A DNA stretch of 62,254 bases from Bacteroidales bacterium (GTDB lineage Bacteria > Bacteroidota > Bacteroidia > Bacteroidales > ML635J-15). A program made the position numbers and the translations under genes. The DNA is taken from assembly GCA_028702675.1 (NCBI GenBank), contig JAQVOJ010000003.1, positions 3,623-65,876 on the forward strand, read 5' to 3'. Below are positions 9,415 to 19,202 of the stretch, piece after piece. Numbering within the stretch: position 1 is the first letter of the stretch; the number at the start of each line of letters is the position of its first letter. The notes under the pieces were generated by a model. It saw only the letters and a list, made by a program, of their open reading frames with translations. It was not told the origin of the DNA and searched no databases.

Positions 9415-10305
9415 ATGACAAAGAAAACCCTTTACTTAGTTTTAGGATTAATTTTTCTAATATTTTTTCTAATTTTTTTTAAGCTTGTAAAAACATCAAA
9501 TCTTCTTGTTGATGAAGGTAATAGCCAAGGAACTTTTTATTTGGTTAAGAAATTTAAAAACGAAAGTAATTGGTTTAATAGTTTATTACCATCACAAAAA
9601 AAGCTTGAACGTGGCGATGTAGTTGTTTATTATGACCCTTCTGTGTCAGATCCAGAGCTAAAAGACAAAGATAAGCTTGTAGGACGACTTATTGGATTGC
9701 CAGGAGATGCTCTAACATTAATTGATAAAAAGTTGATAATAAACAATAAGGTAATAGATGAGTGGTACAAATTGTTCTTTAAGTATAGGGTTACTTTTAG
9801 TGATAATAACACAGCAAGTTTAATTGATGAATTTAAAGATAACAAAAACATATTGCTTTGGGAAGAAATTGTAGCCGGTAAAGCCTATGAGTTTATTGCA
9901 GCACCCGAAACCGCTAAAGAGCTTGAAAATTGTGATGGAATAATTAATATTAGAATGCTTACTATGCAGCCAAACGAATATGTAATGGATTATTTCCCTA
10001 AAGTTCCAAATGTTTTGTGGAACAAAGATCATTATGGACCAGTATATATACCACAAAAAGATGTTACTCTTGCTTTAACTACAAAAAATATTGGGATATA
10101 TAAAAGAATAATTGATGTATTTGAGGATCACAAAATAATTATTGATTTATCGAAAATTGAAATTGATGGTGTTAGTGTAAATAGCTACACGTTTGAGAAA
10201 GATTATTATTTTGTGCTTAACGACAATAGAGATAGCGGAAAAGATTCACGTTATTATGGTTTTATTCCAAGCGATCATATAATCGGAAAGGCAATAAAAA
10301 AATAA
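9415..10305 (+). CDS. S26 signal-peptidase-I-like paralogue, probably non-catalytic
   Basis: Shares LIGLPGD and NDNRDSGKDSRYYGFIP with lepB. Box D reads LVGRLIGLPGD, with Gly where the general-base Lys should be, and box B is degenerate (GNSQGT). Confidence 0.8.
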   Translation: MTKKTLYLVLGLIFLIFFLIFFKLVKTSNLLVDEGNSQGTFYLVKKFKNESNWFNSLLPSQKKLERGDVVVYYDPSVSDPELKDKDKLVGRLIGLPGDALTLIDKKLIINNKVIDEWYKLFFKYRVTFSDNNTASLIDEFKDNKNILLWEEIVAGKAYEFIAAPETAKELENCDGIINIRMLTMQPNEYVMDYFPKVPNVLWNKDHYGPVYIPQKDVTLALTTKNIGIYKRIIDVFEDHKIIIDLSKIEIDGVSVNSYTFEKDYYFVLNDNRDSGKDSRYYGFIPSDHIIGKAIKK

Positions 10306-10309
10306 CAAG

Positions 10310-10939
10310 ATGGAGTGTATTTTGCTTTCTACAGCAGTTTTACCAAATATTCAGTATTTATCTAAATTGCTTAAATATAAAACTGTTTTTGTTGAAGCTA
10401 ATGAAAATTTTCCGAAACAAACTTATCGTAATCGTTTTGAGATAGCCACAGCTAACGGCTATATGAGTTTAAGCATACCGGTTGTTGCTGCTCGTGTTCA
10501 TAAAGTTCCTATTCGTAAAGTTTTAATAGATTATTCCGAAAATTGGCAACAGAAGCATATAAATGCAATTACATCTGCATATAAAAATGCTCCTTTTTTT
10601 CAGTATTACGCCGATGAAATTTTTACTGTCTTTTGTGATAAAACAGATAAGTTATTCGATTTTAATATGAATCTTACACAAACTTTAATCAGATTAATTG
10701 GCTTTAATAAAGAAGTAAGGTGTACAGACAGCTTTGTTAAAGATACAGGTTGCGATGATTATCGTTTCAAAATTAACCCCAAGAAAAAATCAATGAATCC
10801 TGACGGTAATTTTAGAATTGTGAAATACTATCAAGTATTTGAAGATAAGCACGGTTTTATTCCAAATTTAAGTTCAATAGATTTACTTTTTAACGAAGGT
10901 CCTTTAGCATATTCAATTCTTAAGCAGAGTTGTAAATAA
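10310..10939 (+). CDS. WbqC family protein
   Basis: LPNIQYLSKL...FPKQTYRNRFEI..ANG...LSIPV is characteristic of WbqC-like proteins. Confidence 0.8.
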   Translation: MECILLSTAVLPNIQYLSKLLKYKTVFVEANENFPKQTYRNRFEIATANGYMSLSIPVVAARVHKVPIRKVLIDYSENWQQKHINAITSAYKNAPFFQYYADEIFTVFCDKTDKLFDFNMNLTQTLIRLIGFNKEVRCTDSFVKDTGCDDYRFKINPKKKSMNPDGNFRIVKYYQVFEDKHGFIPNLSSIDLLFNEGPLAYSILKQSCK

Positions 10940-11021
10940 GATCAGTTTGTTGAATGATAATATACAATATAGAATATCGAAATATCTCATATTACCACAT
11001 TTGCGATTCAATATTGCCTTA

Positions 11022-11241
11022 GCCCGCATTATTCATCGCATTATTCTTGGCTGGCTCGTAACAAGTTGTTAGTCTGTGGATTGGCACGGTGCTTATGGTT
11101 TTATTATTAGCCAAATTTTGAGAAAGCTTACAATTATCTTTGTGCATCTGCTTCGTTGCAAAACTCTTGAAATATAAGGATATATCTGCAAGTTTCGACG
11201 CCTACCAGCTACACAAAGCTAATCGTATGAATAATGCGGGT
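11022..11241. ncRNA. Candidate structured RNA (6S-like rod?) or a large bidirectional terminator
   Basis: A perfect 14-bp closing stem pairs 11023-11036 (CCCGCATTATTCAT) with 11227-11240 (ATGAATAATGCGGG), 15 bp if the flanking G11022.T11241 wobble is counted. It extends inward through imperfect helices, e.g. GCTGG 11050-54 with CCAGC 11205-09. G+C is about 40% by hand count, in an otherwise very AT-rich convergent intergenic gap. No ORF. Strand is undetermined; a T-run follows on the plus strand. Confidence 0.4.
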
Positions 11242-12932
11242 TAGTATTTTTTTCTCCGCTTTTTCTTGATTTTATCAAAATCATTTGAAGGTTTTGGTTC
11301 AGCAAGTTCAACTCTTAATTTTCGACCCTGATAAATAATATCTCCCATAGAGGTCATAATGTCTGTAGCGTTGTTTTCACTTACCTCAAAAAACGAAAAG
11401 CTATCCTTAATATCAATTTCACCAATATTTATATTGCGGTTTCCTGTACTATCATTTATAAAAGCTATTATTGTAACAGGAGTAATACCATCTTTTTTGC
11501 CCACACTAATGAAAAATCTGGATGTGTTTTTACGACTTCTACGTGCAGTTTTGTCTTTTATTTTGAAGTCTCTGTCGTTTTTGTTTTCAGCAGGTATTTT
11601 ATTTGCTGTTTTGTTTAAATCCGGAGCATTTCTATAATATTCTAAGTACCGGTTGAATTCTATCGAAACAAATCTTTTTATAACATCTTCTTTGCTTAAC
11701 CATTCCAATTTTTTATTTACTTTATCCATAAATGGAGCAATTTGAACTTCGTCAACTTCTACATGTTCCATCCTATCAATCATGTTATATAATTGTTTTT
11801 TGCAAATTTCGTCCCCACCTGGAACGGGTAATTTTTCAAATCTTTTACCGAGTTTTTTCTCAATATGTTTGATTTTGCCTTCTTCTTTATAATTAACTAA
11901 GGAGATACTTACACCTGATTTTTCTGCTCTTCCTGTTCTTCCGCTTCTATGTGTGTAAACATCTATGTCGTCGGGTAAATTATAATTTATAATATGCGAT
12001 ATGTTCTGCACATCAATGCCTCTGGCAGCTACATCAGTAGCAACGAGCATTTGCATATTATGTTCTCTGAAACGTTTCATTACATGGTCGCGTTGTGCTT
12101 GCGACAGGTCGCCATGTAGTGCATCAGCATTATATCCGTCTTTTATTAGTTTATCGGCTACATCTTTAGTTTCTGATCGTGTACGGCAAAAAACAATACT
12201 ATAAATATTTGGATTTATATCTGCTATTCGTTTAAGAGCCAAATAGCGGTCGCGTGCATGTACCTGATAATAAATATGTCTTATATTATCGGCACCTGAG
12301 TTTTGTTTCCCAATTATTATTTTTTCGGGGTTGAGCATGTAATTGTTAGCTATTCTTGCAACCTCATTGGGCATGGTTGCCGAAAATAATAATGTTCGTT
12401 TCTCTTTAGGTGTAGTTTCTAATATCGCATCTAAATCATCTCTGAATCCCATGTTTAGCATTTCATCTGCTTCGTCAAGTATCAAAGTTTTGATATGATT
12501 TATTTTTGCAGCTTTTCTTTTTATCAAATCAAGAATGCGTCCTGGAGTTGCCGAGATTATATGTGCACCTTTTTTTAAGGAGCGAATCTGTTGTTCAATA
12601 CTTGCTCCTCCATATACCGGTACAACATTTATACCTTTTATAAATTTAGAATAATCTAGTAAATCATTGCTAATTTGAACACATAGTTCTCTTGTAGGGG
12701 CTAATATAAGTACCTGAACATTGTGGTTATTGATATCAATTTGTTCAATTAATGGCAAACCGTAGGCAGCTGTTTTTCCTGTACCTGTTTGTGCTAATCC
12801 GATAAGGTCGTTAGTACTACTTAAAAATGATGGAATAATTTGTTCCTGTATTGGCGTAGGGGTTTTAAAACCGAGAGCCTCAATTCCTTGTAATAGATTT
12901 GGGGATAAACCCAATTCGTTAAATGTCAACAT
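11241..12932 (-). CDS. DEAD-box ATP-dependent RNA helicase with a C-terminal DbpA-type RNA-binding domain and a basic tail
   Basis: AQTGTGKT, DEAD (LILDEADEM), SAT and HRSGRTGRA motifs. K/R-rich C-terminus. Confidence 0.93.
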   Translation of the reverse strand: MLTFNELGLSPNLLQGIEALGFKTPTPIQEQIIPSFLSSTNDLIGLAQTGTGKTAAYGLPLIEQIDINNHNVQVLILAPTRELCVQISNDLLDYSKFIKGINVVPVYGGASIEQQIRSLKKGAHIISATPGRILDLIKRKAAKINHIKTLILDEADEMLNMGFRDDLDAILETTPKEKRTLLFSATMPNEVARIANNYMLNPEKIIIGKQNSGADNIRHIYYQVHARDRYLALKRIADINPNIYSIVFCRTRSETKDVADKLIKDGYNADALHGDLSQAQRDHVMKRFREHNMQMLVATDVAARGIDVQNISHIINYNLPDDIDVYTHRSGRTGRAEKSGVSISLVNYKEEGKIKHIEKKLGKRFEKLPVPGGDEICKKQLYNMIDRMEHVEVDEVQIAPFMDKVNKKLEWLSKEDVIKRFVSIEFNRYLEYYRNAPDLNKTANKIPAENKNDRDFKIKDKTARRSRKNTSRFFISVGKKDGITPVTIIAFINDSTGNRNINIGEIDIKDSFSFFEVSENNATDIMTSMGDIIYQGRKLRVELAEPKPSNDFDKIKKKRRKKY

Positions 12933-12954
12933 ATACTATATTAAAAATGAGCTG

Positions 12955-12962
12955 CAAAAGTA
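12955..12962 (-). promoter_or_regulatory. Candidate -7 promoter box TACTTTTG for the helicase gene
   Basis: Minus-strand TAnnTTTG match 22 nt upstream of the ATG at 12932. Confidence 0.4.
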
Positions 12963-13122
12963 CATATAATAAACGGATAAATGACTTTAGCGGTGTTTTT
13001 ATTTGCTAATTGAATACAATTATAAAAATGTATCAAAAAAACGATTGTAGAAATATAAAAAGACCACCATATTTATAATTATCAAAAAACTTGGCGGTTT
13101 TATTTTAATAGTTTAAAAAGTT

Positions 13123-13704
13123 CTAATAATTATTTCCTAAAAGTTGCATATATGATCTTGGATGCAAGCATGCCGGACAAGTTGCTAAGGCTTTTTTTGA
13201 TTCGTAAATATATCCGCAGTTGATACATTCCCACCAAACTTTTCCATCACGTATAAATACTTTATCTTCGTTTAAGTTTTGAAGAAGTGCCATATATCTT
13301 TTTTCGTGTTCAAGTTCTACTTTTGCAATCATCTTAAATGCTATTGCTACTTGAGTAAAACCTTCTTCTCTTGCTATCATTTCAAATGTGGGATATAGTT
13401 CTGACCATTCTTCGTTTTCGCCTTCGGCAGCAGCCTTAAGGTTTTCTTCAGTAGTACCGATTATCCCTGCAGGATAGCTTGCTGTAATTTCTACCATACC
13501 ACCTTCCAAAAACTTAAAAAAACGTTTTGCATGCTCTTTTTCTTGATTGGCTGTTTGTTGAAATATATTGGCAATTTGTTCATATCCCTCTTTGCGTGCA
13601 ACTTTAGCAAAAAATTCGTAACGAGTACGAGCTTGACACTCACCGGCAAATGATTTTAGCAGATTTTGTTCTGTTTTGGTTCCTTTTAATGATTTTTCAG
13701 ACAT
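13123..13704 (-). CDS. rbr: Rubrerythrin
   Basis: Ferritin-like ExxH diiron motifs (QEKEHAKRF, ELEHEKRY) plus a C-terminal rubredoxin CxxC...CxxC (CINCG...CPAC). Confidence 0.92.
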   Translation of the reverse strand: MSEKSLKGTKTEQNLLKSFAGECQARTRYEFFAKVARKEGYEQIANIFQQTANQEKEHAKRFFKFLEGGMVEITASYPAGIIGTTEENLKAAAEGENEEWSELYPTFEMIAREEGFTQVAIAFKMIAKVELEHEKRYMALLQNLNEDKVFIRDGKVWWECINCGYIYESKKALATCPACLHPRSYMQLLGNNY

Positions 13705-13760
13705 ATATAATATTATTAAAGATTATTATTGCTTCAAATATGCAAAAAATATTTTAGTTA

Positions 13761-15485
13761 TTAATCGTGTTTTACTCCTTCTTGAGCAGATAGTAATCTT
13801 ACCACGTGGTTCGAAAGATCTCCTATTCTTAATAACTCTGTGTAAATGTCAGCATAAATAACACCTGTTTTGGTTTTATATACTCCTTTTTTTAAGTTTT
13901 TAAAATGCCCTTGCTGAAGATCGTTATAATAGTTTCTTATTTCTTTCATCATTGCTTTTGTTGCATATAGGTCGGTTGTTAGTTCCGGATTTTTTATATG
14001 CTTTATCATCATTTCAAATTGTTTTTCTATAATTTCATAAAACTCGATAAGCTCTTGTTCCATCGAATCTTTAAATTTAATCTTTCCCTCAAGTTTTCTA
14101 CAAACATTTTTTGAAACTGCATAGCAAGCATCTGCAATACTTTCTATTTGTGTAGTGATTTGCAACATTCTATTTATTATTTCAGCAGAACCGGTACTTA
14201 AATCTTGTTTCGATACCTCTGCTAGGTATGCTGTAATCTCAACTTCAAACTGATCTGATATAGTTTCATTCTTTTTAAACTTTTCCATTAAAGAGTTAAT
14301 TTTCTTTGATGAATTTGTGGTCAATATATCATGAGTGTGCTTAAACATTTTTTCTACTCTACCGGTAAATACCATCATTTCTTTGCGAGCTTGTAATATA
14401 GATAAATCAATAGTAGAAAGTAGCCCCGTACTAATATATTGAAGTTTAAATTCTTCTTCCTCATCTTTTTGTCTTACTATTTTCGTAATAATATTTTCAA
14501 GTGGTTTTACAAACCAAATTAAAATTAATGTATTTCCAATATTAAATACTGTATGAAATACTGCAAGTGCTATAGGTATTGCTGCTGCTGTTTGTTGAGC
14601 TGTCTGCCCTTCAATGGGTATAGGTGAAGCTAAACCATAGTTAACTCCAGCTGCAGCAATCGCATGTAATATTGGTTTTAAAAAAGGTAATACAATTGCT
14701 ACTCCTATAAGATTGAAGAATAGGTGAGCCATGGCGGTTCTTTTTGCAGATGTGTTAGCAACCAGAGCAGCTAAATTTGCTGTAATAGTGGTTCCAATAT
14801 TCTGTCCCAGTACCATTGCAGCCGCCATTTCGTATGATACCCATCCGTTGAAACATATTACTAATGTTAATGCCATTACTGCACTAGACGATTGTAATAT
14901 CATTGTGAGTATAGTACCGATAATTACAAATAAAACTATAGAGCCAAATCCATAACCTGAGAAGTTTGTTAAAAACTCTAATATTCCCGGATTGTTGTTT
15001 ATGTCGGGAGTAGAATGATTTAAAAAATCAAGACCTATAAAAATTATTGCAAATCCTATTATAACACTGCCCCAGTTATTACGATTAGGGTTTTTAGAAA
15101 ACAGTAAGGGTAAACTTAATCCAACTAGGGGTAGAACCATCATTGATATATTCATTTTAAACCCTAGTGTTGATATTAGCCATGATGTAACTGTAGTACC
15201 AATATTTGACCCCATTATTACTCCAATGGATTCGCCAAACGTTATTAGTCCTGCATTTACGAAGCTTACCAACATTACCGTTGTGGCAGATGATGATTGA
15301 ATAATAGCTGTAATTACTACACCGGTAAGAATTCCCTTGAATCGATTAGATGTCATTGCAGATAAAATGTTTCTTAATTTATCGCCTGCAACTTTTTGTA
15401 ATGACTCACTCATAAGTTTCATCCCGAAAAGGAATAATCCTAGAGAACCTAATAGCTTTAAGAAATCAAATATTGAGTATTGCAT
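13761..15485 (-). CDS. Na+/phosphate cotransporter family protein (NptA/YjbB type with a PhoU-like C-terminal domain)
   Basis: Duplicated QSSSAT/QSSSAV Na/Pi-cotransporter repeats, many TM helices and a helical cytoplasmic tail. Confidence 0.88.
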   Translation of the reverse strand: MQYSIFDFLKLLGSLGLFLFGMKLMSESLQKVAGDKLRNILSAMTSNRFKGILTGVVITAIIQSSSATTVMLVSFVNAGLITFGESIGVIMGSNIGTTVTSWLISTLGFKMNISMMVLPLVGLSLPLLFSKNPNRNNWGSVIIGFAIIFIGLDFLNHSTPDINNNPGILEFLTNFSGYGFGSIVLFVIIGTILTMILQSSSAVMALTLVICFNGWVSYEMAAAMVLGQNIGTTITANLAALVANTSAKRTAMAHLFFNLIGVAIVLPFLKPILHAIAAAGVNYGLASPIPIEGQTAQQTAAAIPIALAVFHTVFNIGNTLILIWFVKPLENIITKIVRQKDEEEEFKLQYISTGLLSTIDLSILQARKEMMVFTGRVEKMFKHTHDILTTNSSKKINSLMEKFKKNETISDQFEVEITAYLAEVSKQDLSTGSAEIINRMLQITTQIESIADACYAVSKNVCRKLEGKIKFKDSMEQELIEFYEIIEKQFEMMIKHIKNPELTTDLYATKAMMKEIRNYYNDLQQGHFKNLKKGVYKTKTGVIYADIYTELLRIGDLSNHVVRLLSAQEGVKHD

Positions 15486-15721
15486 CCTTTATAACATAAT
15501 AAGAATTCGTAAATCAATTGATGTGGTAAAATTAACAATTACTTAATATTTGCAATAAAATGGATATAATAATTGCATTCTTTGTATTTACAATAAGTTT
15601 TAATTATACAAATGATAGTTTTACACTTTTTATATTATGCTGAAAATTAATGAGTTTAATAATTAATCTTGAAATTATTTCTGTTGGAAATGTTAAAAAA
15701 ATGAATCATGTTTATCAACAT

Positions 15722-15755
15722 AAAAAAAACCATCCAATATTGAATGGCTTTTTTT
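15722..15755. terminator. Bidirectional rho-independent terminator
   Basis: A8 - CCATCCAATATTGAATGG hairpin - T7, located 19 nt downstream of the stop of the 15774-19100 gene. Confidence 0.7.
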
Positions 15756-15773
15756 ACTTATTTTAATTCTTAA

Positions 15774-18700
15774 CTAATCAACTACAGAAATCTTATATGT
15801 ATAAATACCTTCTGTAGTGTTTAATCTTAAGAAATATAGACCTTTAGCCAAATTGGATAAATCAATACTTATTGTGTTTTGACTTTTTTCAGAACTAGTT
15901 TCAACAATTTGTCCATTAATATTGATAATGCTAATATCAGTTTCGTTAGCATTAAGTAAGCCTAAATCAACATATAAAAGATTATTAGTTGGATTTGGGA
16001 ATACGCTAATAATATTATCATTGGGTATTTCCAAAGATGAAAGATTTGGGCATACTTCAGGGAAGATAGCATGTGTTAAAGCTATATTCCAACTATTCTC
16101 GTTATCATATTCAATCCATGTTTGGTCGCTCCACATTTCCCAAGCAGTATTAGGTCCGTCTCCTTCTGTATTAGTCATTACTGCAAATGTTGAACCTGTT
16201 GTTGGTAATACAATACCGGCAAAGAAATCTCCATTAACTTCGATAGGGCTATCAAATGTAACAGTATATTCATCACCGGCTTGGCTAAAGTTTGATGAAA
16301 GGCTTGACATTGTAACTGTTTTGGAGCCTAAAGCACTACCGGGAGTACCTCCTGAATTACTCCATACTCTGAAAATAACATTGCCTGAAGTTCCTTCAAC
16401 TGCTCCAATGTGAACCGTCATTTTTGTAACATAGCCTATACCTGTGTAATCAAAATAGTCAGCTTTAGCAAGGTCGCCATAAGTATTATTTCCTGCAACA
16501 TAGCCTCCGCCACCCTCAACAGTATAAAGGGCTTCGGAACCATTTAATGGGTAATGTAAGGTTTCACATTCTCCTCCACCTTGGCTTACTGTAATGTATC
16601 CTGATTTGTTCATGGTGTTACTACCATACTGATTGCTAGCTGTAAGTGATACATTGTAAGTCCCTTGTGAATTATATGTAACTGTTGGGTTTTGCGATTG
16701 AGAAGCATTAGGAGATCCGCCCGTGAAAGTCCAATCCCACGCTGTAGGAGAGTTTGAAGATTGATCGAAGAAGCTAACCTGACCGCCAACATTGGTGTTT
16801 GTAGGGGTTCCATAAAAGTTTGCAACAGGTGCACTACCAGTACTTCCGCCTTCTGTGAAAATCTCTATATCGTCAATCATAAATGCAAATGCATCATTTG
16901 AAACGCATTGGATTGCAATATAAATCTCACTATTATTATAAGCAGATAAGTTGTAAGTATATTCTGTCCAGCTTAATGGAGCTTCTGTATATGATCCGCT
17001 CGAAATTTGAGTGAAACTAGAAGGATTGTTATTGGTTGTTGATACAAGAACTTTAAATCTTTCGAGTCCATATTGGTCTGTAACTGATTTTGCCCAAAGA
17101 CTCAAACTGGAATTATTTTGTAATGAAATTTGTGGAGATATTAGCCAGTCGTTGTTTGGATAATTAGTTGCAGCAAAGCAAATGCCACAACGTTGTCCAC
17201 CATGAGCTATCCATTGATCGCCCGCAACAGGATTGGTTTCATCATGGTTGAAAGCTATAAATGATCCTGTATAGTTTTCGTTGTCGAAGTCAAAAGCTTC
17301 AGCTCCATATGTTCCTGATTCATCACCATCATAAGTTGTCCATGGGGCAAAATTATCAACCTGAAAATCTGTGCATGCTTCAAAATCAAGACTAAATGCT
17401 GTAGCTCCTTCTATTACAGTAATATATCCATTTTTGGTCTCAGTATCGCTGCTCCCGCTGCCTGTTACTGTTAAACTTACATTATAGGTTCCAACTGTAT
17501 TGTATGTAATACTTGGATTTACAGCATTTGAACTATTAGGTGAACCACCGGGGAAACTCCATGAGTATCCTGTTGGGTTTCCTGTACTTTGATTAGTAAA
17601 TTGAACAACACCTCCTGGCGATACCGTAGTTGGACTTGCAGTAAATTGAGCATTTACACCTGTATTATTCGGATCGTACATGCCAATTTCTGTAGTTCCG
17701 TTACCTAACCATGGTTCTAATTGTTCGGAACTTGATGACCCATTAGATGTCCAATGATAAGAAAATTTACCATATAAATCAGCACTATTAGGGCTATTGC
17801 AATATGAACTTCCACCCGAAAGTGTTCCGAAAATTATTCCGTTGCTATCGAATAGAGGAGAACCTGACGAACCGCCTTCAGTAACACCATGATTTGTAGT
17901 AGTTTCAACCCAATACACTGTCCAGTGGGCATTGCTAGCACCTGTCTCATTTTGTCCGTAGTAGGTAGATGTTTGTGGGGTAGCAGTATAGGTAGAAATC
18001 TTTTTAATGTCGCCATAAGGATGATGAATACCAACACCACCGGTTCCTCCATAATTGTTAGCTCTCCATCCGTTATAAACTACATTATAGTTAGAAGGAG
18101 GAGTATTATTTAGTTCTAATAACAAAAAGTCTGAGCCACCGTCTAAAGGAGCTCTTGCAACTCTTGAACAACCTGTAATAGAATTGTATGAAGGTTCTGA
18201 TCCTGAATAGCCGCAAGTGCTTCCTTCGTAGTTAAAATAAAATATCCATTGATTTAAACTGGTAGTTGATGCACTACCTCCACAATGGTCGGCAGTTAAA
18301 AAATATGGAGTTCCGTCTTCGTTGTAATTATTTACTAATGATCCGGTACACCAACCGGCAGAGTAGCCGTCAACAGCATATATTCTAGCAACACCGCGTT
18401 TTTCGTCTTGAAAGTCTGCTCCTTCAGGGCAATTTATATCAACCTCGCACCATTCTGAATCTCCATAATCTTTTCCATTTAAACGTTGTTCCATTAATTC
18501 CACTCCACGATAAATGTACGATAACCTGCTTATTATTATTTCAGGTTCCGAAACAGTATTTAAACCTTGTTTATAATAACCATCTTTCTTTTCGTTTAAC
18601 GAAGGTGCAACATATTCAATAATAATTTCATCGCCTAAAACAATACCAATAGAAAATTCTATGTCTCCTCGATTATTATTATGATTAAATGATCCTAATA

Positions 18701-19100
18701 CTTGTTTGTGTTCAGAGTCGTAAACAAATACTTTTGCGCCAGGCGGAACATTGAATTTTTCAAAATGTAAAGCTAAAGCTTTAGCACCCTTACTCGTAAG
18801 GCTTAATTGCCAAATTTCTGTGCCATCTTCAAGTGTTGACCATGTCCCTGAGTTGTCTATACTGGCGTTAACATCAAGCAAACGAGCAATTTTCATCATC
18901 TCACCGTTTTTTTCATCTTGAGTGTCTTCAATCATTATAGTATTCATATCAGGTGATGAAATATGTAATTTGTCAATATCAGTGGTTAGACCTTTGGCAT
19001 CAAAACTTGGAGGTGTGCCTCCATAAGATATCTGTGAGTAAGTATAAACCGTTGATAGCACTAATAAACAAATGATTAGAATCTTCTTAAATACTGTCAT
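15774..19100 (-). CDS. Secreted S1-family (lysyl-endopeptidase-like) serine protease with 2 PKD domains, a choice-of-anchor-J-like domain and a T9SS type A CTD
   Basis: Signal peptide ending YSQ. TADHCGG (His) and GGSSGSPLF (Ser) motifs. Two PKD repeats (...YSWSFPGGSP... / ...WDWTFTGGSP...). C-terminal FPNPTNNLLYV...YTYKISVVD sorting domain. Confidence 0.85.
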   Translation of the reverse strand: MTVFKKILIICLLVLSTVYTYSQISYGGTPPSFDAKGLTTDIDKLHISSPDMNTIMIEDTQDEKNGEMMKIARLLDVNASIDNSGTWSTLEDGTEIWQLSLTSKGAKALALHFEKFNVPPGAKVFVYDSEHKQVLGSFNHNNNRGDIEFSIGIVLGDEIIIEYVAPSLNEKKDGYYKQGLNTVSEPEIIISRLSYIYRGVELMEQRLNGKDYGDSEWCEVDINCPEGADFQDEKRGVARIYAVDGYSAGWCTGSLVNNYNEDGTPYFLTADHCGGSASTTSLNQWIFYFNYEGSTCGYSGSEPSYNSITGCSRVARAPLDGGSDFLLLELNNTPPSNYNVVYNGWRANNYGGTGGVGIHHPYGDIKKISTYTATPQTSTYYGQNETGASNAHWTVYWVETTTNHGVTEGGSSGSPLFDSNGIIFGTLSGGSSYCNSPNSADLYGKFSYHWTSNGSSSSEQLEPWLGNGTTEIGMYDPNNTGVNAQFTASPTTVSPGGVVQFTNQSTGNPTGYSWSFPGGSPNSSNAVNPSITYNTVGTYNVSLTVTGSGSSDTETKNGYITVIEGATAFSLDFEACTDFQVDNFAPWTTYDGDESGTYGAEAFDFDNENYTGSFIAFNHDETNPVAGDQWIAHGGQRCGICFAATNYPNNDWLISPQISLQNNSSLSLWAKSVTDQYGLERFKVLVSTTNNNPSSFTQISSGSYTEAPLSWTEYTYNLSAYNNSEIYIAIQCVSNDAFAFMIDDIEIFTEGGSTGSAPVANFYGTPTNTNVGGQVSFFDQSSNSPTAWDWTFTGGSPNASQSQNPTVTYNSQGTYNVSLTASNQYGSNTMNKSGYITVSQGGGECETLHYPLNGSEALYTVEGGGGYVAGNNTYGDLAKADYFDYTGIGYVTKMTVHIGAVEGTSGNVIFRVWSNSGGTPGSALGSKTVTMSSLSSNFSQAGDEYTVTFDSPIEVNGDFFAGIVLPTTGSTFAVMTNTEGDGPNTAWEMWSDQTWIEYDNENSWNIALTHAIFPEVCPNLSSLEIPNDNIISVFPNPTNNLLYVDLGLLNANETDISIININGQIVETSSEKSQNTISIDLSNLAKGLYFLRLNTTEGIYTYKISVVD

Positions 19101-19202
19101 CTTTTAATAATTTAGTTTTAATAAATATGATTAATTTTATTTTTGCTAAAATACAAAATATTTTAACTCATGATTATTTTTTTATATTAAATCTATTATT
19201 TT

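Noticed and set aside
11186-11205. The TTTCGAC-containing segment is reminiscent of a tmRNA 5' end.
   Set aside because: There is no tRNA-like T-arm (GGTTCGAATCC type), no tag reading frame ending in a stop, and the element is far shorter than tmRNA.
13676-13861. 61-aa plus-strand ORF spanning the rubrerythrin start and the Na/Pi transporter stop.
   Set aside because: It overlaps two well-supported minus-strand genes and their intergenic promoter region, and has no motifs.
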